Shown here one piece after another: positions 40,426 to 54,577 of a stretch of DNA of 64,000 nt. The stretch lies in assembly GCA_964016885.1 (NCBI GenBank), contig OZ024753.1, positions 3,162,001 to 3,226,000 on the forward strand, written 5' to 3'. A model generated the notes under the pieces. That model was not told the origin of the DNA, did no database searches, and saw only the letters and a program-made list of their open reading frames with translations. Source of the DNA: Eledone cirrhosa. Lineage: Eukaryota. Numbering within the stretch: position 1 is the first letter of the stretch; each line of letters starts with the position of its first letter. Position numbers and translations under genes: made by a program.

Positions 40426-41454
40426 AAGAGTACTTTTTGTCGTTATGGAAAGATTTGCTGACCTTGTGCTTAAAGTAGAAACAATTATTATTCAATATAA
40501 AGCTCATAAATGAATTTATGTAACCAGCTATATGAGAGTGAGAAACCAAATTCTAATTTCGTTTTTAAACGAAATATAGTTTTTCAGTAATCTCTCATTA
40601 TTTAATCATTCCATTTCATGCTAGTAGTTATTAAGAGCTCTGGTATCAATTCTTGCTCACCACGGTACTGTTTTCCTTCTTCAAATTGAAATAAAGGCAT
40701 TGGGCATGAGTAATAAGCCTTGTGAAGTGCAGATGATGTCACTGGTTGTTTGTTGTGGTAAAATCATTTGCCATTGTTCCTGGGGAATTAGTGAGATACG
40801 TTCTTCAAATCAATGTGCAAATTTTACATTTTATATTCATTCAGATTGGTGCTTGTTTTTTATTTGATTTTTGATTTTGCAGTTTGTATTTTAAAAAATG
40901 TATTAAATTCAATTTAATATTTACTAAAGATTATTTATTCTTAGATTATATTTTATAAATTAAAATGAAATATTAAAAATTAATATATTGGATTATAGCA
41001 GATTATCTACTTTGTGTATTATATAAAGTTAAGAAGCTTTACAAGACAGTTTAGGCCTCAAAAATCGATGTGTTATATACATTACATTTTGGACATATAA
41101 GTATGTATATATGTGTGTGTATTATCTCCACATAGAAGAAAGGGCTGTTTAGTCAAGAAAATTACTGACATCTCTAGTGCTGTTGTCTTGATAAAACACT
41201 CCACTTACACACTGTAAAGTAAATGGAGTTTGGAATGTTGACCCGTCGTATGTTCCTTAGTGCTGATGTAATGACAAATGCAACTAGAACACCCTGTAAA
41301 GTAGTTGGTGGTAGGAAGAGTATCCATATAGATACTATGACAAGAAAATTTGAGAGGATTCTTTAGTTGTTGCAAAGGCAGGGCAACCACCCTAAAGCTG
41401 GTGCCATGATAAGATACACCCAGCATATTCAGCAGTAGATTTTGAGAAAATATT

Positions 41455-41670
41455 TAACCCTTTAACATTTAAACTGGCTGTATCCAGCTAGAATACTCCC
41501 ACTTCTTTCTGTTCAAACTGGTTGCTCATACTGATGTTAAGGTATTGTTCGCAAAACAAACAATATAAAAATCTTGTAGATTCAATATTATGTGAAACAA
41601 TTATGTGAAATGAAGTGTTTACTGTGAAAATACAAGCGTATATATAGAGTAATGTATATGCTGAGGAAGG
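41455..41670. mobile_element. piggyBac-type MITE
   Basis: TTAA-ccctttaacatttaaactgg start; same internal sequence as the other copies. Confidence 0.6.
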
Positions 41671-42251
41671 GCTCCAAATCATCTGAGAGATCAGTAGCTC
41701 CAATTAAGTACTCACGTGGACTCTGGCAACTCATCCAAGCGTTTCTAGCAGGAAATTGGAAATTTTCATAATTTAACATCTGTTTTCGCTGCTAGCAAGC
41801 CTTGAACAGGTCGTCACAGACCAAATCAGTTCTCAAGCAGAGTTACTGATTTGTTAGTTTAGCTGGAGAGATGAGTTGAATTCATGACCTTACAATTATG
41901 AACCAAACAGTAACCACTAAGCCATACACTTTAACATATACATATATAGATACATATATCAATTACACACACATACATCTATTCATTGGAAGAAGTATAT
42001 TATTAAAGTAAATATAAATATGATATGTATACAGTTATAGATATTTCATATAGTTCAGACATCTGTTGCTTTTATTAAACACCAAATTTTATGTCCAAAC
42101 ATACTTGTTATGCTTTGATGTTTGCATATTCATATTCTATGTGTATTTTTACCAGATGTTGAGTATGTGAACATGTGTGATGGTGTAATGAATATGCGCA
42201 TTATAATCTCTATATATAAAACTGTATTTCATATTTTTGAATTTGTGTCTA

Positions 42252-42505
42252 ATCATCATCATCATCATCATCATCAGGTTTAGCGTCCGTGTTCCACGCT
42301 TGCATGGGTTTGGACGGGGGTTTTCCCACTTGAGGCAAGAGTGGTTGTCTTGCTCGCATAGGACTGTCTGGCGGGTTTTCTACAGTTGGATGCCCTTCCT
42401 AACACCAACCACATTTACAGTGTGGGGCTGGGAGGTTTTTACCGTGTTGCCTACACGGCCACATTTACAGCGTGGACTGTGTGTTTTTTGTCGTGACACC
42501 TACAC
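42252..42505 (-). mobile_element. 5'-truncated 3' UTR copy of the RTE at 22710-23760
   Basis: (CAT)n plus near-identity to 22710-22955. Confidence 0.9.
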
Positions 42506-42750
42506 TAATAGCATCACTATTTCTGTGTGTGTAAGTGCACATAGGAGTGGACAATTTACTCCTTATGTGGAATATATTTAAGTCACTTCTTAAAATCTGA
42601 AGCTTTAGGAGGTCGCAACTTTCTGTGTTGTATTATTGAATGACAGATTGAATGTCAGCTACAAATCTTCATATATATATATACATGTGTGAGTGTGTGT
42701 GTTTATATATATATATATTCATGAGTGAATAATAATATCATAATATTATC

Positions 42751-42912
42751 AATATTCGGTTTGTTTATTATTACTAACTAACAAATACATTTACGTATCC
42801 ACCATGTTAAGAGTGAAAACAAATTATATATATATATATATATATATATAATTTGTTTTCACTCTTAACATGGTGTATTTGTTAGTTAGTAATAATAAAC
42901 AAACCGAATATT
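42751..42912. repeat. Palindrome centred on (TA)n
   Basis: aatattcggtttgtttattattactaactaacaaatac...caccatgttaagagtgaaaacaaat-(TA)n-reverse complement, with one ~12-nt indel. Confidence 0.9.
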
Positions 42913-43312
42913 TAAATATATATATATATATTTAAATGTAATCTGAGTTTTTTGAATATTAATAATAATATTTGATTCGTTTGCAATTATGCAAACAAGC
43001 CTCATTTTTAAAGCCATGTTGAGCCCCTCATTCTTGTGTTGGCATGTAAACCGAACTGCTGACACTAATGTTTCTGAGTATTACCCTTCATCAGTACAGC
43101 TCACTGTTCACCTGCCAACTGTCAGAGCTAGTGAAAATATATGATATTTTCTAAAATATACAGTGACTGATTGGCCTGATTTGCATATTAGCAGACTGGC
43201 TGAGAAAGAGAGAGAGAGTGAGAGAGAGAGAGACCTCGCATTGCTCACAACTGGTTAACTTGCCTAACCCATGCTAGTGTGGAGAAATGGATGTTAAACG
43301 ACGACGATGATG

Positions 43313-43347
<35 letters not shown>

Positions 43348-43354
<7 letters not shown>

Positions 43355-43525
43355 CTACTTGACTAGAAGTGTCATTCATTTGAAATTCATCAGGAAAGTC
43401 TTTCCTGGTGATTTCATAGGAATGAAACACTTTTAGCCCTGTAGAAGTCATTCTTATATAAAATAAAGATATCTATACTCATCTAACATACTGAGTACCT
43501 TTTTTAATGGTCATCAGCTCCCGGG
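43348..43525 (+). mobile_element. Family H3 repeat with inverted duplication and hammerhead motif
   Basis: Degenerate palindrome 43348-43451 centred near 43399. Minus arm has CUGAUGA; plus arm has CUGGUGA...GAAACA...UGUA GAAG. Confidence 0.55.
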
Positions 43526-44433
43526 AGTAATTTACCCAATTTTTAAGGTGCGTTTTCTTTTAACTTTTAAATTAAGTTGTTGCTTTTAATTGTTTTCCCT
43601 TTTCAACTTTATGTAAACATAGGACTGACAAACTTCAATCTCATTTGATCTCAGAAAACCATATTCATATCAACCCTAATGCAGTCAAAGTTACACAGGA
43701 AAGGCAGAAGAAAATTATGGACTGACTATGAAGAGACATATTGATACCAGAATATTATAAGAGAAAAACAGAAAGATAGATAGACAGCAAAATGTACAAA
43801 GCGTGTTAATATAAATGAAAATAAAATTATTTGCGCTTTACAAATTAAAACAAGAGATGCAAGCCATGAATTCTAACAATTTAATCTACATTCAGAAAAC
43901 AATCGAAATCATTAATCAAGTATAGTTTAATTCTTCCAAAAAGAAAAGTAAATCTTTTGAAAAATCCTTCTTTTGTAGACATAATTCTTATTGCAAAGAT
44001 GTTGTTCAGTTTCTAAGTAGAGTTGAACATCTTTTGAAGAAATGACCATTCAAAGGAAGCATACTTTCGCCAATACTTTCATAATAGATGAAAGTTTATA
44101 ATTCTGTCTGAACGTCAAATTAGTCCTTTGTAAATCTTTCCAACTGTTAAAAAACAAGAAGCCAAGCAAAGTAGTTTGTCTCAGATTATAATTATATTTT
44201 TGCTTTCGATTAACTCTTTATTGTTATATATATATATATATATAGTATTTGACTGGCTTTTACTGGTTTTAGTTATTGGACTGTAGCCTAGCTGGAGCAC
44301 AGATTTTAAGAGTTTTTAGTTGAACAAATCAATCGCAGTACATATTTTGTTGAGTAGCTAAATTGCCATTTTGATATAATACTATTATTTTATTTCTTGC
44401 TATTATGTCAACACATAAAAACAAAAACCTACC

Positions 44434-44465
<32 letters not shown>

Positions 44466-45166
44466 GTATATGACAGGCTTCAGCATAGTTCCCATCAACT
44501 AAATTTCACTCACAAACTCTTGATTGACTTGTTGCCACAGTCAAAGACACTTATCAAATGTACCATACAATTAATTGGTTTGAACCTAAAACTACACGAT
44601 TTGGAAGTAATTTCTTAACCACATATGCATACCTACAAATGTATGTGTGAATATATATATATAATAGATGCAGAGAAAACTCATTAAATGAGGATGATTA
44701 TATATGTATGCATATATATGTGTTTGTGTATGTGTGTATATATAATAAAATGGTTGACAATTACTTTGAATTTTTGCCAAAGGCTAGCATTTCAAATCAT
44801 GCGGAATATTAGAAATTGAATATATAAATACAAATAAATATCATAGAAGATGAAATGAAGTGGTTGAGTTAAAACGTAGCGTATTGAAGAGGTTGCAGAT
44901 AAACAATTGAAAAGAAAAGAAATTTACTACTGTTTAATCTTAATTTAGAAATGAAAAATGAATACAGGCAAATGGGGTTACCAGAGATAAGGTCAAAGTG
45001 CATATGAGAAGTAGTGTATATGTGTTGGTGGGAGAATAATAGTTGTTTAAAATGAAAGGTAATATACATTTCCTTTATTTGGCTGGAAGGCCTGTGTAAA
45101 TGAAAAAAAGACATATCTAATATGTGAAATTTTGAATGAAGCTGTGTATGCCAGAATGATTAAAAT

Positions 45167-45532
45167 TAACCCTTTAGTATTTAAACAGGCCATATCTGAT
45201 CAAACTACTCTCACCTCTTTATGTTGAAACTGGCCACTCATACTGGTGTTAGGGTATTGTTCTCAAAATAAATAATATAAAAATCTCGTAGATAATTATG
45301 TAAGATGAAGCCTTTACAGTGAAAATACAATAGTAAGTACAGTGAAATTCATGAGGTATAACAAAAATTCGTTGTAACGAAAAATTCTTTATGATGAGAT
45401 CGACTGAAACACATCGAATGTGTGTCCAGCGATTGAAAAATATTCTGTTATACTGAAAAATTTGTTATAATGGTATTCGTTATAACGGAATTTTACCTGT
45501 ATAGATATTAATGTAAATGCTAAAATGTTTAA
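45167..45532. mobile_element. piggyBac-type MITE with nested pogo/Tigger-type MITE (45340-45499)
   Basis: Outer element TTAA-ccctttagtattta...taaatgctaaaatgt-TTAA. Inner element TA-cagtgaaattc...gaattttacctg-TA with repeated cgtt(a/g)taac sub-terminal motifs. Confidence 0.65.
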
Positions 45533-48500
45533 GGACAATGAAGAAGAATTTTGACTAAAGGAATAGAGAATATTTTAATATTTATAACTATGGAGGTTTA
45601 GTTGCATAAAAGATAACTAACCCTCTTATTTCTCTGATCAGCCAGTTTGGTCTCAACGTATGTGAACTTTATAGTTTGCATGTTTAAAATATTTAATGTT
45701 ATAATATTCAGTGAAAAAGCTAACAAATGTTAATCTTAACTTTAAAATATTTTGTATTGTGAAGATCATTTAATCTCGAATAATATTAACATGACTTACA
45801 AGTTAGAAAGGAGTGGTTTGTATTATTAATGATAAAGTTTGATTTAGACTTCTTAAGACTAACAGGTCAAAGGAAGGTAATATATTATATCCTTTGGGAA
45901 GATTTTTTACTTTACATGAACATATAAAAGTCTTCAAATGACAGACGAAAATAATGGTTAGAAAGTTATGTACTGATATTAAAAACGATGTAATTTGTTA
46001 AAAGACCCCAGGAAATATAAAAAATTAATATCTGAAATAGGGGTTCAAAGAAAGCATAACTGTAGAATGAGGTGCAAGTTTGCAAATAAACTGATTAATA
46101 TTGTGTCCAAAATAAAACAGTATCCTAAAACGGGTATACAAATAGTTATGTGATTCGTTGAACATATTGTGTATCAACATGTTATGAAGAAACACTGAAA
46201 AAAACTGTGAGAAACAAGGTTTGTTTAGATAGAGGGAATGCCCAGCATATTATTGAAAAAAGGAATAAAAATGACAAACTTTACAGATCACATTACTGAT
46301 GGTTGAAAACGTCAAATTATGTAATAAAACCTCGGAAATAAATAAGGTATAAGTCATTTTGCAGTTATGAAATGTGGCCATAGAAAGAGATTATACATAC
46401 CACCATAGAAAAATACTGTTAACCTAGAGATATAGTGCAAATCTATGAAACAATGCAGAGTAAAATCAAGTGTATAAGTGTCACATCATCATTATGATTT
46501 TACATCTGTTTTCTATGTTAGCATGGGTTGAATGAATCATTACAATCAGTGTTATTTCATATTTGAAGTCATTCCACTAGATAGATGTATGAAATTCAGA
46601 CTATTCTCTATGAAATATTGACTGTTCAATCGTCAACCACTTTACACTGTGTAAATGTCTCTTGCTCGTTATATAAAACAAATACAAAACTGAAATTAAC
46701 AATAATGATTGAGGCATGGCTGTGTGGTTAAAGACTTTGCTTGGCAGTATATGTGTGTGAGTGTGTGTATGTGTGTGAGCGTATGTGTGTGAGTGTGTGT
46801 ATGTGTGTGAGCGTATGTGTGTGACTTTATGTGTGTCCCCCCCAAAAAAAATCTTTGCAGTTCAATAAAAATGAGATCAATAAAATAAGTACTAGACTTA
46901 AACTGAGAAGTAATGGAGTCAATATGATCACCTAAATAAAGGCAGCGGTGCAACATGTCACAGTCTAATGGCTGAAAAAAGTGAAAGAGTTGAACATAAA
47001 AAAGTGCTAGTAAGTTGAAAAGTGGAGAACATTAATTAGGGCGGGAGCAAATCTATAAAAATCATCAAACATAACTAAAAATGTTTAAATGTATGAAATA
47101 GATGGAAAGGAATAAATATATGTATAGAAATATATACATTAGGACTTTTCAAAGATACAAGAACCTCCCTATTACTGATGCCAAGATGAAATTCACTAAA
47201 TAGCATACAGGAATCCATATAAGAAAGATGCACGCCCCAGGCCCAACTGAACACTTGGTAGAAGTAAAATGCATGCAGTTACCCCATCTGAAAGGTTAGT
47301 AACTCTACTTGAGAACTGACCTGGTTTGTGATAACCTATCCAACCCTTTCTAGAAAAGGGGGCATTAAATGAATATAATAATGGCATAAACATATTTGAA
47401 TGTGTAAATAGATATATATTCTGTTTTCTTTTTTAACCCTTTCATGACCACATTTCTAATGAAATATTCTATTTTGAGGGAAGTACACTATTTTGAGGGA
47501 CTTACTAAAATTATTAATTATTTCATTACTAAGAAAGTAACTTAATGTAAGGTTCTTAAATAAAATTATGTTGGAAGATTTTAATTTGAATTGGAAACCT
47601 TTAAAAGAGGTGGTTTTATTTCATAGAACCAGAACTAGTTTTGCCCGGGTTGGTAACTTCATGTCTTCATGATTTCATGTCAGAGTGTCTCAATTGTATA
47701 TGTATCTATGTTTATAATTAGTTATGACTACTATATATATTGAGTTCCATGTATTAAATTGAGGGTCTTTCAGTTCTAAATGGAAATAGAACAAATTAAA
47801 CACAGGGTGGTTGAAATGAGTTTCACAGAACAAAAGTTTTTTGGAATCTTGACATATTTCTTGCCTAATATTCATGATTGTGTATTACAGTTGTTTAAAC
47901 AACAGATCTGCCTATTTGTGGAATTAACCTGCAAGTTGCTGTGCATTCCCCAGATGCATAGACTCTTAATGTAGTTCTCAGAGAGATATAGTTTGTCATA
48001 GTGTGTGACAAAATAGGCCTATTGAATTACAGGTGCCACTCATTTTTTTGCCAGCTGGGAGAACTGGATCAACGTAAAATATAGTGTCTTATACAAGGAC
48101 ACAGCTTGGCAACTGAAATCAAACTCACAACCTTGTAAATGCAAGCCAAACACCCGACACACTAAGCCACACACCTTCCCAATTCATGTCTAACATTTGC
48201 AGTAAATATCATTCAGAGAATGATTCTCACAATTTAATCAACAGCTTAGAATATTAGTAGTATTTCTTATTTTGTCTAGCTTGATTTGATCTCAGAATGT
48301 AAAAGATACAGTGATATTCTGTAAGACATTTTGGCATATTATCTAGCAATTTACAAATTCTGTGCAAAATATTAGTTGCTTTTCGTAATTTGAATAATAT
48401 GGTTGTAATAAGTAACAAGTAGCTGGTTAGATAAATCATGTCAAGTCATGAAAGTAGTAATACACACAGACATACACCTACATACACACAGGCATACACC

Positions 48501-51229
48501 TACATACACAGACATACAATTACTTACACACCAACATACACACTGACATGTGCATTTACTGGAGGAAATCATCTAGTCTGAACTTTCTAATGTTTTCTTA
48601 ATATTTCTTCAAGTTTGGCAGGAATCTGACATTTATCAGGATAATAATTGCATTTAATTATCCGGTTTTATTGAAGTTAACCAAACATATATACAGCCAA
48701 TTTGAAGACCTAGCTTCTGCATTAATCAAGAAAGTGTAACATCTTTGTGTATATACATGATTCATTCTACAAATATTTCTTTTCTCTGATATGGATACTA
48801 ATGAAAAGAGAGGAAGTAGTTAAGGCTTTAAGTTTTGTTGAACTGTGAAACTGAAATAAACAGAAGAGAATTCAAGTCGACACTAATCATTGTTGACTAT
48901 TCCTTCCAGTAAGATAAACTAAAATCTTTGTAAACTAATATGGCAAGTTGAAGGAACGTCTTATCTATATTCGAAGGTGCAACATGTCTAAATATTTTTA
49001 AAGTTTGTTTTGTAATCATTATATCCTTGGTTTGATCCCACAGAGTGTCACCTTGAGCAAGAGTTATGTACCATAGCCTAAGGTTGACCCATGTCCTGCA
49101 AGTGAAATTGAGTGGACAGAAACTGATATCAAAAGGGTTGAAATAACATTTAACTCTTAAATCTTAAGACATCAAGCCAAAACTATATCAAAACTGTCGC
49201 AAGTAGAACATTGATCAAATAATTCTAGTCAACTCTAGCTGAGGTCAACCAAGATTTTACAACAGAAGTATCACCATTTATGTTTGCTCAATAGTTAGAT
49301 ATGAATATAATGGAGACATCTAACATCTTATAAATAGCTATATCAAACTATCTGAACTGGCCCTCATTTTCCAATACTAAGCTATATATTCAATGTGTTT
49401 TTATCTATCAACAAACCTTTCTTCATAATGTTATGTCAGAACATTTGTTACGTTATACCTCAAGCACCAACTTAATAATTCTTTCTTAACTTGGTACAAG
49501 ATGGTATGAGAACATTGACTATAAAAACTCAGTACTAGACCCTAAATACATTAACCTCAGGAAGGATGAAAAGCAAAGTTGACATTGGTGGGATTTGAAG
49601 CCAGAATGTAGAGGCTTGTACTGAAATACTGCAATTTATTCCATCTGACTCACTAAAGATTCTGCTAATCCATTGTCCTACACCAACTTAATAATGATAG
49701 TTATATTACTAAATCTCTCCTACGTCTCTATTTTCAAAATGGTTTGATAACTGTAGGCAGTGTCTTTCATTAGAAATATTGTAACAAAAGAGTTAATACC
49801 CCTAAAGTAATGGTAAACATTCAGAAACTTCTAAGATTCAAATTACTATAAAGAATTTCCATGAAAATCCAATAGAGAGAGATGGAACATAGAGAGACAA
49901 ACCCAGCTAATGCTAGTATAAGATCAATATATTTTAGTTTTATACAACAGATCATAATTTGAATTAACTTGGAAACAAACTTGTGCTTTTATAAATTTTT
50001 TTTATTGCAAGATGCAATATTGTTTTCATAGTTTTGTGCAATTATGATGAATGTTTTGAGGATATTTCTCATTGCTAAATGAAACTTTACCTCCACAACC
50101 AATCAATATAATCATTGTACAAAGAAGTTTAATGCAAAATATGGTGTACTTTGCATAGTGTGTGTCTTATTCCTAAATATTTATGCTCCTTGGATGACAA
50201 TTACATGTTCAACACAGTTATTTTTTCTTATAAAACAGTTTCATCTAGTTAGGTATAGAAATGTATGTTTTCTGGCACGTTTTTCTATTCTGTTCATCAT
50301 ATTAATGCCTGTGACTGCTGGTCAGTAGGATTGACATTTTTTAGAGATCGATGTGAAATATAGCTCTCAAAGTAATATAGCTCTTGTTAGTAGTTGATAT
50401 TCTATAAGATCTTGCATATTTCCATTATATCAAGTATCAGAATGTAACTTTTCTCAATCTAGTATTTGGTTTCATAGACTGGTTTAGTAGATTCAAATAA
50501 TTCATAATTCTCAGAATATTATTTGAATGCTCTTTGCTAAGACGAATTATTGTATGTTCAGTGAAGTAGGTATTCATTTATGATGGAGAGGGACTGAAAT
50601 AACATTTTGTGGTGTTCATAAAATAGTTGTAACTGATCTTACATCTACAGTACTCACTTATATTGGTTGAATTGATTAAAAGTTAAAAACAGCAAACATT
50701 TTATTTTATCTATTATATTTCTTGATATTTAGCAAAAGCTTATACTTGCTCAGCTCACTACCTGTTGAATACATTAAAGGGTAGCTAACTAAGCCAGCTA
50801 ACATGAAACACTTGCACAGTAATTTCGATCTCTACTTCAACATCACTGGTACTGTTTCCTTTTTAATCTGTAACTGCTGTGCCTATTGATATCAATGCAG
50901 CTGTCATTGTTAGAAAAGCTCATAAATGCACAAAACTTTCTCATACAAAAGAACCTCTTTTACAAATCTCTTTGCTTATGCTCTTCAATCTTTTATCTTT
51001 TCAATCCATATTTTCCTTTCTTCTCTTGCTCTTGTTTTATTCACCTGCTTTTTGTTATTCATTGTTCAAGCTCTCTCTCTATCTCTTTATCTCTCCATTT
51101 TTCATCTTTTATATATGTATGCACACACAATCAAACATATATATACATGCAGGCAAGCATATGTACATACAAATATACTTATTTATTTATTAGTTTTCCT
51201 AATAAAATTCTCATAATTTGTTAAAATCT

Positions 51230-51824
51230 CTTTTATATATATATACATACATATAATCTCTTATATATATATATATACATATAATCTCTTATATATATAT
51301 ATACATATAATCTCATATATATATATATATACATATAATCTCATATATATATATATATACATATAATCTCTTATATATATATATATACATATAATCTCTT
51401 ATATATATATATATACATATAATCTCTTATATATATATATATATACATACATATAATCTCATATATATATATATATATATAATCTTTTATATATATACAT
51501 ATAATCTCATATATATATATATAATCTCTTTTATATATATATATATAATCTCTTTATATATATATAATCTCTTTATATATATATAATCTCTTTTATATAT
51601 ATATATATTCATATATATATTCATATATATATATTCATATATATATATACATATATATATTCATATATATATTCATATATATATACATATATTCATATAT
51701 ATATTCATATATATATATATATATATTCATATATATATATATATATTCATATATATATATATATATTCATATATATATATATATATATATTCATATATAT
51801 ATATATATATATATTTATATATTC

Positions 51825-51876
<52 letters not shown>

Positions 51877-51880
51877 TATA
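51230..51880. repeat. (TA)n-derived minisatellites (ataatctc and attc interruptions)
   Basis: Direct inspection. Confidence 0.95.
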
Positions 51881-52020
51881 AATTTCATTATTTGTTATGT
51901 ATTATTTTACGTACCTATTTATTTATTCATTTATTATCACTCTCTGTCTCGTTTTATGTGAGCAGGCTAACTTTTATTTTCTTAATGACATTCAAATGTA
52001 AAATATGGAAAGAACTATGA

Positions 52021-52066
<46 letters not shown>

Positions 52067-52502
52067 CTACTAAAAACAAATATAATTACCAATTCAATTT
52101 ATGGATTTCCCAGCCTCCTCTCAACTAACCATCTTTCATTCAATCCAATTTCATATTTTATATTCCCCTCTATCTTCCTACTTCCTGTTACATATTTTCA
52201 GCTATTCATTCCCCCTACTAAATTTACAATATACTTTCAACTGTAAAGTATTTCAAATCTTGTTGCTGTTAACATCTTAGAATATTCAGTTTTATAAACA
52301 CATGTCAATTTGAGAATTAGAAATAAAGCTATAATATAGATTTATATTTGAGACATTTGTATTTGATTTCAGTTTTTCCTCAAGTGGGATAATTTTGTAT
52401 TAGCAAGCATCTGACTTGATTTGAATTTTTGAAGGAAATGAAATGTTAAAAAAAAATGTTTTTATTATATTGTCATTTCAATAAGAAAACCTATATAGGA
52501 TT

Positions 52503-52517
52503 ATGACCAGCAAGACC

Positions 52518-52566
<49 letters not shown>

Positions 52567-52693
52567 CCAGTAAAACCTATATATATATATATAAAACCAG
52601 TAAAACCTATATATATATATATAAAACCAGTAAAACCTATATATATATATATAAAACCAGTAAAACCTATATATATATAAAACCAGTAAAACC

Positions 52694-52740
<47 letters not shown>

Positions 52741-52772
52741 ATGATGAAGATGAACCAGTAAAATCTATATAT
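52503..52772. repeat. Minisatellite aaaaccagtaaaacc(ta)n, ~30-bp unit
   Basis: About six units separated by (TA)n; another unit at about 53180. Confidence 0.9.
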
Positions 52773-53021
52773 AACAAAGTGTTGTAGTTTGCTTGAAGCA
52801 TTGTTGAATAGGAAATATAAATTTAAATAAACTTTAAAAGCCATGCAATGCAATAGAAAATTAAAGGTGCCAAGATAACAATAGGATCTTACCTTAGCAA
52901 ATTTAATAATCCCAAATATTATCAAGGAAGTATCCCTGTGAAGGTCTTAAAGGATCGATCAGAGATGAGTTGTTGTTAGTAAGGTAGATTTAAGTTAAAG
53001 ATATATATATATATATATATA

Positions 53022-53160
53022 TCATCATCATCGTTTAACGTCCGTGTTCCACGCTTGCATGGGTTTGGACGGGGGTTTTCCCACTTGAGGCAAGAGTGAT
53101 TGTCTTGCTCGCATAGGACTGTCTGGCAGGTTTTCTACAGCTGGTTGCCCTTGCTAACAC
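53022..53160 (-). mobile_element. Short 3' UTR fragment of the RTE at 22710-23760
   Basis: (CAT)n then gtttaacgtccgtgttccacgcttgcatggg..., near-identical to the other copies. Confidence 0.9.
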
Positions 53161-53769
53161 AAATATATATATATATATGACCAGTAAAACCTATACAATT
53201 CACATTAATTGCATAGATAAGATTAATACTAATCATGTTAAGGCAACAAGTTGAGGGAGAATACATTGGAAAAAACCAATCCAACTGATGCAAGCATGGA
53301 AAAGTAGATGTAAAAATGATGATAAAAATATTTATTAGTATACACAAAGGTGAACTGATTTGCATAATGGCGTTAATTTGATAACCACTCAGAAATTCTC
53401 ATTAAATATTTAAGATCTTTGCCAGCCATAGTTACTCATGTGATGCATTTGGAAAATTGCCCTCATGGCATTTTTTTTTTATAGAAAACCAGCAGTTAGC
53501 CATGAAATATGTCTCCCTTCTCAATGCTTCTGATATTGACCAAGAAAAAAGTAAGGGCAACACAACTTAGCCAGAGCATCATTGCAGGAAACCTGGGAGC
53601 ATTTTATCAATCTATAAATTAACCTGGTAATTTATTTTATTGTCTCTAGAAGGATGAAAAATCAAGCTGACTTCAGCAGTATCTGGGTTTAGAATGTAAA
53701 GACATGGAATAAAATGCATTTTGTCTGATGCTCAAATAACCATGCCAATCCATACTCTGTTATAAATAT

Positions 53770-54045
53770 GATAATAGTGAAAATTATGGACAGTGCTCAG
53801 GTGCACTTCAACTCATCAAAGGTACATGTATTGTACATAGAATAATGTACAAATGCCAGGAAAGTGAACAGTGTATGAGTCATGATATACACACTGACAC
53901 ATGTCTGTGTGTCTGGAGTGGGAATAACAAGTGTAATGTTGGCAAATTTCTGGAAGCATGGACATTTTGAAGGATGTAGTGACCTGACAGTTAACAACTG
54001 ATGCAGGTAGTTTGTTTCATGCTTCAGCAACTCTGAGCATAAAAG
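53770..54045 (-). mobile_element. CR1/L2-clade LINE 3' end
   Basis: A minus frame other than the listed ORF reads FMLRVAEA*NKLPASVVNCQVTTSFK, the CR1-type F..RV...WN.LP..VV...S...FK terminus, followed by UTR and an att-rich tail. Confidence 0.75.
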
Positions 54046-54577
54046 AAAATGTATATATGGACCCATCACTTCTGATGGAGTCAAAGGCACACAGTCATGA
54101 TATACAGCATGTTTTGGGCTTAGCTTGATCACCACAGTTGCAATGCAAGTTGTGGTGTGATGAAGCTTTATATCTCTAGCAGGATGTCTGGTAATTTTAA
54201 TTTTTTTATCCATTTTTATAATAGTAGAATGTGAGATGATTTAATAGAAGAGTTTATTTGTAGACTGTGTTAGTTTTCTATATGGATAACTTTTATTTTT
54301 TTAATATATTGTGTGCCTCTGGTAGTTCAGTTTTAATTTAATTGTCATTGGTTGCACATGGAAAAATTATATATCTAGAAATCTAGAGAAGGAAGTTCAA
54401 AGTAAGACTTCATTTTGAAGGTGTTGTTTTTGAGACACACGTGTACACTCATACACAATATGAATGCATGTATGTATGTATGTATGTATGCATGTATGTA
54501 TGTATATATGTATGTATATATGTATGTATGCATTTATGTATGTATGCATTTATGTATGTATGTATGCATTTATGTAT

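Noticed and set aside
45960-46480. Possible very old LINE endonuclease remnant (QHVM.., GISHFAVMK)
   Set aside because: Too decayed to support without a profile search.
53797-54213. 138-aa minus-strand ORF
   Set aside because: Overlaps a CR1 3' end in a different frame; no recognisable domain.
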